Source: Candidatus Fermentibacteraceae bacterium (GTDB taxonomy: Bacteria > Fermentibacterota > Fermentibacteria > Fermentibacterales > JCC-6). From it: a stretch of 64,000 nt of DNA. This document shows, piece by piece, positions 59,449-64,000 of this stretch (position 1 is its first letter; each line of letters begins with the position of its first letter). The position numbers and the translations under genes are program-made. Location of the stretch: the NCBI GenBank assembly GCA_027067855.1, contig JAMOUX010000026.1, positions 16,473 through 80,472 of the forward strand. The letters are read 5' to 3'. The notes below the pieces were generated by a model. It had not been told where the DNA came from and searched no databases. It worked only from the letters and a program-made list of their open reading frames with translations.

Positions 59449-59790
59449 CTAGTTGCCTGTATTCAGAATCGTGAATCCGGAGGCCTTGACCACCATCCTG
59501 TAATGTGTCCTTTTGGATCTGTCCACGAACGATCTGCTTACCAGCCGTCCCTCCACCAGGATGAACGATCCCCTCTTCAACCTTCTGTAAGCGCTCTCGG
59601 CCAGGTTTCCCCATGTTTCGACATCCAGCAGGTACTTCCCGGACCGGTCCGGGACATCGGAAAGGATGTTCTCCATGCTGAATACGAAGTGGAATATCCC
59701 CAGGTTCGTCGTCTTCAGGTCTCCCTTCTTTACGACCTCACCGGTAAGCGCCACGTAGTTCAGTTCCGGCGGGCGGCTGGGAACGGTCAT
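59449..59790 (-). CDS. Second SSB-like OB-fold protein lacking the acidic tail (PriB-like)
   Basis: NYVALTGEV, DVETWGNLAE, GSFILVEGRL; ends without a DDIPF tail. Confidence 0.75.
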   Translation of the reverse strand: MTVPSRPPELNYVALTGEVVKKGDLKTTNLGIFHFVFSMENILSDVPDRSGKYLLDVETWGNLAESAYRRLKRGSFILVEGRLVSRSFVDRSKRTHYRMVVKASGFTILNTGN

Positions 59791-59796
59791 GGTATG

Positions 59797-60231
59797 TCAG
59801 AAGGGGATGTCATCGTCGGGTATTCCCTGGTCACGACTGTTTTTAGATGCTTCCGAATCGTCGTCGAAAGAGGAACCCTGGTTCTTTTTTTCAAGGAACT
59901 GGATCCTTCTCGCATTCACCTCCAGGCGGCTTCGCCTGTTGCCGTCGGAATCCTCCCACGAGTTGTACACGAGTTCACCTTCCACCAGGACGGGAGATCC
60001 CTTCCTGCAGTATTCGCTTACGAGTTCCGCCGTTTTCCTCCATGCCACGACATCCACGTAACAGGTCTTTTCCTGCCATTCGCCGTTACGGTCGCGATAA
60101 CGCTGGTTGTTGGCGATGGACATTCGGGCCATGTGAGTTCCGTTTTCCAGGATCCTCGTATCAGGATCCCGCACGAGATTACCGGAGATTATCACCTTGT
60201 TGATGCTGGGCATCCTGAGTTCCATGGTCAT
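59797..60231 (-). CDS. ssb: Single-stranded DNA-binding protein
   Basis: NKVIISGNLVRDP, VVAWRKTAE, KGSPVLVEG, C-terminal DDDIPF. Confidence 0.97.
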   Translation of the reverse strand: MTMELRMPSINKVIISGNLVRDPDTRILENGTHMARMSIANNQRYRDRNGEWQEKTCYVDVVAWRKTAELVSEYCRKGSPVLVEGELVYNSWEDSDGNRRSRLEVNARRIQFLEKKNQGSSFDDDSEASKNSRDQGIPDDDIPF

Positions 60232-60587
60232 CCTTCCGCCATAGATGAATCTTCTTCGGTTTCCTCCACGTCGCCGAAGTCCGTCTGTGCGCCGGTGCCG
60301 TGGTTCTCGTTGCGCAGGGTTACGAAGCGAAGGCAGTTCTCGTTTATCTTCAAGTACTTGTCAATGGCATCTATGACGTTGTTCTCACCGCTCCACCTGA
60401 GGAAGTGATAGATTCCCTCGGTCTGTTTCCTTATGGGATAAGCCAGGATACGCCTGGTCCATCTTTCGGTGTTTCCGTAGGTGCCGCCTTCCTTTTCGAT
60501 GATTTCCACGACCCTGTCGTGTTCCCCGTTGGTTTCCGATTCGGGGACGTTGGTGGTCCATATTATCACGGTTTCGTATTCTCGCAA
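60228..60587 (-). CDS. rpsF: 30S ribosomal protein S6
   Basis: MREYET..I, W.RRILAYPIRK..EG.Y, LR; TTG start after AAGGAG. Confidence 0.95.
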   Translation of the reverse strand: MREYETVIIWTTNVPESETNGEHDRVVEIIEKEGGTYGNTERWTRRILAYPIRKQTEGIYHFLRWSGENNVIDAIDKYLKINENCLRFVTLRNENHGTGAQTDFGDVEETEEDSSMAEG

Positions 60588-60589
60588 GT

Positions 60590-60670
60590 CGAACTCCTTT
60601 CGGTTTTAACACATGCCGCGTGCCACCGGAGGCGGAGTTCCGCTAAGGAGGGAGTCGCTTCCGGTCCGCC
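60590..60670 (-). promoter_or_regulatory. Candidate S6:S18 autoregulatory leader
   Basis: CTCCTT (60645-60650, minus) is complementary to the rpsF SD AAGGAG (60594-60599); inner hairpin GCGGAACTCCGC. Confidence 0.45.
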
Positions 60671-60848
60671 GCGGCCTGCGACGGGCTGCAAGTACAGCAA
60701 ACGACCAAGTGATTATTTGAATAAATCCGTTGCAGGTCAAGGTTCTGCAACGAATTTCCCATCGAGTCATGATTCGGTATGATCGAGATGACCATGAAAA
60801 CGAGAAAAAGCGGGCTTCCGGGCCTGTTTTTCGGAACGGCGGCGTTTC

Positions 60849-63152
60849 TTAATGCATGATTATCGTTTGCCTGGTCAGCGTACCGTCTTTGGAGGAAAGT
60901 CTCACGAAGTAGACTCCGCCGGCCATATCAGAATCCGGGATCCAAGTGAAAATATGTCCGCCGGCTTCGACGGAGCCGTCCAAAAGGGTCTCGACCACTC
61001 TGCCGGTCACGTCATAAAGGCTAATGACGACGTGTTCGGTCGAAGGGACGCTGAATCCGATGGAGGCCTTGTCGGAAACCGGGTTCGGGTACGGAGTATC
61101 CAGGGAGAACGCCGGCGGGGAGGAGCCGTCCGCGGAAATCCCGGAACCGACGATGACGTAATCCCGGTCGTAGATGTAATCGTGCTTGAAAGCGCCGAAG
61201 TTCACGGTGGCACCTTCGCTCGGTATGGTCACGTTGAAAGTGACCCGGCCCGAAGCGTCGGTGGTTCCTTCCTCGTAGATGGTCATGCCGCCGTCATAAC
61301 CATCCACTCCGTCGGTGACGGTCACGTCCACTCCCTCGACGGGGGCGCCGTCGGCGGTGACGGTGACGGTAACGTCCTGGTTCCCGGGATAGAATGAAGT
61401 AGGGTGATCCATCACCAGTACCCGGGGCTCGCCGGCCTGATCGAAGGTCCAGACATCCATCGCCGGGTCGCCGAACCAGATGTACATCTTTGCGTTGGCT
61501 TCTCCGTAGATTCCGTGGATCCCTATAATGGTCACCAACGCCGCGTTGAGAGCTTCGCTGATTCGATAGTTGCCGTTATCATAAATTTCCTTGAATATCT
61601 CTTTTATATAGTCGTGGTTGGGTTCGGTGTAGGAAGGGGCGGTGGCCGCCACGTTTCCGCCGGCCCCGCCGTCCGCCCACTGCCAGGCCTCGGCCAGGCA
61701 GGTTGAGTTGTCGGTATAGGAGCCGCAAAGACAGGCTATGTTGAACACGAGGGGCATGAAGGTGTTGGTCAGAGCATTGATTTTGTCCTCGTTCCAGCCC
61801 GGCGACCAGGTCCATTTTGTGACGTTGCCGTGACCGCGATAGGTCACCGTGCCTATCTTATTGTTTATTCCGTCGGAAAGCATTTCGGCGGTGCCTCCCT
61901 CGGGTGGATATATCTTATTGAAGGTGAAGTCGATAAGACTATACTCGTAGGCGGCGAGTTCGTTCATGCACTTGGTGTACTTTTTGGGATATTGTTCCCC
62001 GTGGGCCGCCAGTATCGCTTCGCTGGGAATTATATCGGCGGTATTCACGTTATCGAAGTCGGAGTAGTTACAGTATCCATCGATGATCTTCGTGACCTGG
62101 TGCTTGATCTGCCTCCGGTTTCCGGTGAGTCTTCCCACGGCCAATTCGGCATAGATGTCGTCGTCCATGCAACCGTACCAGTAGTCTCCCACGTAATCGG
62201 CCTTGCTCCAGGTGTAGGAAGGCAGTTCGTCGTGGGTTCCGACTATGCAGACGAACCTCGTGACTCCCGAGGTGTAGTCGCCTGTTATGGCATCCTTTAT
62301 TTGGCGGATATTTGCAGGGGTCGGAAGGGTTTCCACCTTGACGCGAAGACCCAGAAAATGATGCATCCGGAAAAGATCGGCGACCCAATCGGCACTGTTC
62401 TCGGTGCAGATGAAAATGAATTCCACTCCGTCATCCGTGGCGCCTTCCAGCGGGGAGGCTGTAGCTTCAAAGACGTCCCAGTTCATGATGTTGCGCCGCA
62501 TAGAAGGAATCAGGGAAGGAGTGACCGGATCGGCGATCTTTTCGATGTTTCCCCGGAAATCCACCCTCAGACGGATTTTGCTTGCGACTTCCAGCGTTTT
62601 CACTGCGGGGTCGTACCTGAAGGGGGTTACCACAAGCCTGGAAACATGAAGGCCGGACCAGGTTCCGGGATAGTCGACTCCGGCCCATGTCTCGGGATAT
62701 GCACGGTCGCCGCGGTAGAATTCCTCGTCTTTCACGAAGGGGAACGGATCGTGGTCCATGTCGATCTCGGGGGTCTGCCGCGGTAAAACGTCGATGTTCT
62801 CGTAGGAGGTGGAAGTTATCTCCTCGATGGTTACCACGGCTTCCGTTCCGAAAGGAAGGGCGAATATCCCGGTCACCGAGGGAAGGTCCGGAAGGCCTTC
62901 CGGACCCTGGGCGTAGCAGCCGGGAAGCTCTACGATATCCCATACCCGTCCGCCGCCGGGTTTCTTGGTGAGCCGGAAACCGGGAATCGAAACTTCCACC
63001 ACCATATGATTAAGGTCCGATTCCAGCAGGGTCACCGCGGGCGTGGCACCGTCGACGTCCCCGAAGGACTGCCAAGCGGAGAATCCCCCTATACCCGAAG
63101 TCGGCATGACCACCGAAACGATAATGAAAAGGATGATAAAAATGAACTTCAT
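60849..63152 (-). CDS. C25 (gingipain-like) cysteine peptidase with propeptide and T9SS-type C-terminal sorting domain
   Basis: Signal peptide; G.PDLP and PFRYDP propeptide; GDYWY, ELAVGRL, YRGHG (His), NIAC (Cys), FGDP; CTD YPNP...YDVTGR...GVYFVRL. Confidence 0.9.
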   Translation of the reverse strand: MKFIFIILFIIVSVVMPTSGIGGFSAWQSFGDVDGATPAVTLLESDLNHMVVEVSIPGFRLTKKPGGGRVWDIVELPGCYAQGPEGLPDLPSVTGIFALPFGTEAVVTIEEITSTSYENIDVLPRQTPEIDMDHDPFPFVKDEEFYRGDRAYPETWAGVDYPGTWSGLHVSRLVVTPFRYDPAVKTLEVASKIRLRVDFRGNIEKIADPVTPSLIPSMRRNIMNWDVFEATASPLEGATDDGVEFIFICTENSADWVADLFRMHHFLGLRVKVETLPTPANIRQIKDAITGDYTSGVTRFVCIVGTHDELPSYTWSKADYVGDYWYGCMDDDIYAELAVGRLTGNRRQIKHQVTKIIDGYCNYSDFDNVNTADIIPSEAILAAHGEQYPKKYTKCMNELAAYEYSLIDFTFNKIYPPEGGTAEMLSDGINNKIGTVTYRGHGNVTKWTWSPGWNEDKINALTNTFMPLVFNIACLCGSYTDNSTCLAEAWQWADGGAGGNVAATAPSYTEPNHDYIKEIFKEIYDNGNYRISEALNAALVTIIGIHGIYGEANAKMYIWFGDPAMDVWTFDQAGEPRVLVMDHPTSFYPGNQDVTVTVTADGAPVEGVDVTVTDGVDGYDGGMTIYEEGTTDASGRVTFNVTIPSEGATVNFGAFKHDYIYDRDYVIVGSGISADGSSPPAFSLDTPYPNPVSDKASIGFSVPSTEHVVISLYDVTGRVVETLLDGSVEAGGHIFTWIPDSDMAGGVYFVRLSSKDGTLTRQTIIMH

Positions 63153-63288
63153 ATGGGGCTCCTTCTATGCATATATCATATATACTCTAACTTATTATGG
63201 GAATCGTCGTTCGCGGGCAATATCGAGGGAACGACGCTAGTCACCGGCGGGACAGGGAGTATATTCATATACATACAACAGAAAGGAG

Positions 63289-63999
63289 ATGTACATGAAA
63301 AAACTGCTTGTTCTCTTCATTTGTACCGGGGTCGCCTTCGCCGGTCTCAGAATAGGTGGAAGAATAGGTTACTACGACGGTAACGATCCCAGAACGAAAC
63401 AACCCTCTTCGGGAGCGGTGTACGGTGGTCAACTGGTTTTCCCTCTCCTGGGTCTGGCCGAGCTGGAAATAGCCGGAACCTACGCCGGAAGCGAAAGTGA
63501 AATCACCATGCAGCAGTACCTGGAAACGTACATAGAAGACGAGTACGGGGTGAGTTTCAAGGATGATACCGCCGGCCTCAAGGAGTACCTCGAGGATAAG
63601 TGGGGATGGTCGCCGGACAGCCTGGATTCACAACTCTTCGAGAATTACACCACTACGTTTCACGATATAGACCTGGGAGCGACGCTGAAGATCAAGTTTC
63701 CCATCGGGATGTTGCCTCTACACCCGTACATTGGAGGAGGAGCCGGCGCCCATGTGCTCTTCAGTGATGCGGACGTACTCATGCAGATCGCGGCGGAGCA
63801 GACCGGGGGGCGGTTCAGCATAGATCCTTATGATAAGATTCATCCGGGAGTGCATGGTGTCCTGGGCCTGTCTTTCGACCCACCCATCGTTCCCATCAGC
63901 GCCTTCGGCGAGTACAAGTACACGAAACCCCTGGGGGGAGGGAAGGACGAGGTCGACGGGATAAGCATGTTCCTGTTCGGTATTAACCTGGGGTTCTGA
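63289..63999 (+). CDS. Outer-membrane beta-barrel protein (about 8 strands)
   Basis: Signal peptide MKKLLVLFICTGVAFA, PYIGGGAG, FGEYKY, C-terminal FGINLGF. Confidence 0.75.
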   Translation: MYMKKLLVLFICTGVAFAGLRIGGRIGYYDGNDPRTKQPSSGAVYGGQLVFPLLGLAELEIAGTYAGSESEITMQQYLETYIEDEYGVSFKDDTAGLKEYLEDKWGWSPDSLDSQLFENYTTTFHDIDLGATLKIKFPIGMLPLHPYIGGGAGAHVLFSDADVLMQIAAEQTGGRFSIDPYDKIHPGVHGVLGLSFDPPIVPISAFGEYKYTKPLGGGKDEVDGISMFLFGINLGF

Positions 64000-64000
64000 G

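Noticed and set aside
60803..60832. Hairpin downstream of the C25 gene as a terminator
   Set aside because: It pairs only through G-U on the plus strand; on the gene's minus strand it has A-C mismatches.
1..64000. CRISPR arrays, rRNA, IS elements, integrases, prophage or known defence genes
   Set aside because: No regularly spaced repeats or diagnostic protein motifs were seen; nearly all sequence is accounted for by the listed genes.

Overview
This is a GC-rich bacterial chromosome segment spanning the replication origin. dnaA-dnaN-dciA(DUF721)-gyrB-gyrA runs leftward; rpmH-rnpA-yidD-yidC-mnmE-mnmG-rsmG-parA-parB runs rightward. There are DnaA-box clusters on both sides of dnaA and two parS palindromes inside mnmG. 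Left of the origin are: a surface-glycan operon ending in serS; an AT-rich three-gene insert (radical SAM/SPASM, GT2, methyltransferase); a complete A/V-type ATPase operon with a Na+-type c subunit; a bactofilin pair; and an orphan gene of about 1200 aa abutting gyrA. Right of the origin are: a ferredoxin; a GT4-formyltransferase-deacetylase fusion; a ptb-buk-iorAB fermentation operon; an rpsF-ssb-(priB-like)-rpsR-DUF2232-rplI-tsaD-acpS-nnr operon; and a gingipain-like C25 peptidase with a T9SS-type C-terminal domain. Gene content suggests an anaerobic, fermentative diderm of the FCB group, possibly Fermentibacterota-like (inference only). The strongest leads are the giant orphan apparently coupled to gyrA through an ATA start, the tri-domain glycan enzyme, a remote DnaA-box cluster at the ATPase promoter, tandem ssb plus a PriB-like gene, a gyrase with two quinolone-resistance-type residues, and a switch-like ptb leader. 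All calls come from reading motifs by eye; no database searches were run. No tRNA, rRNA, CRISPR array, transposase or integrase was found.
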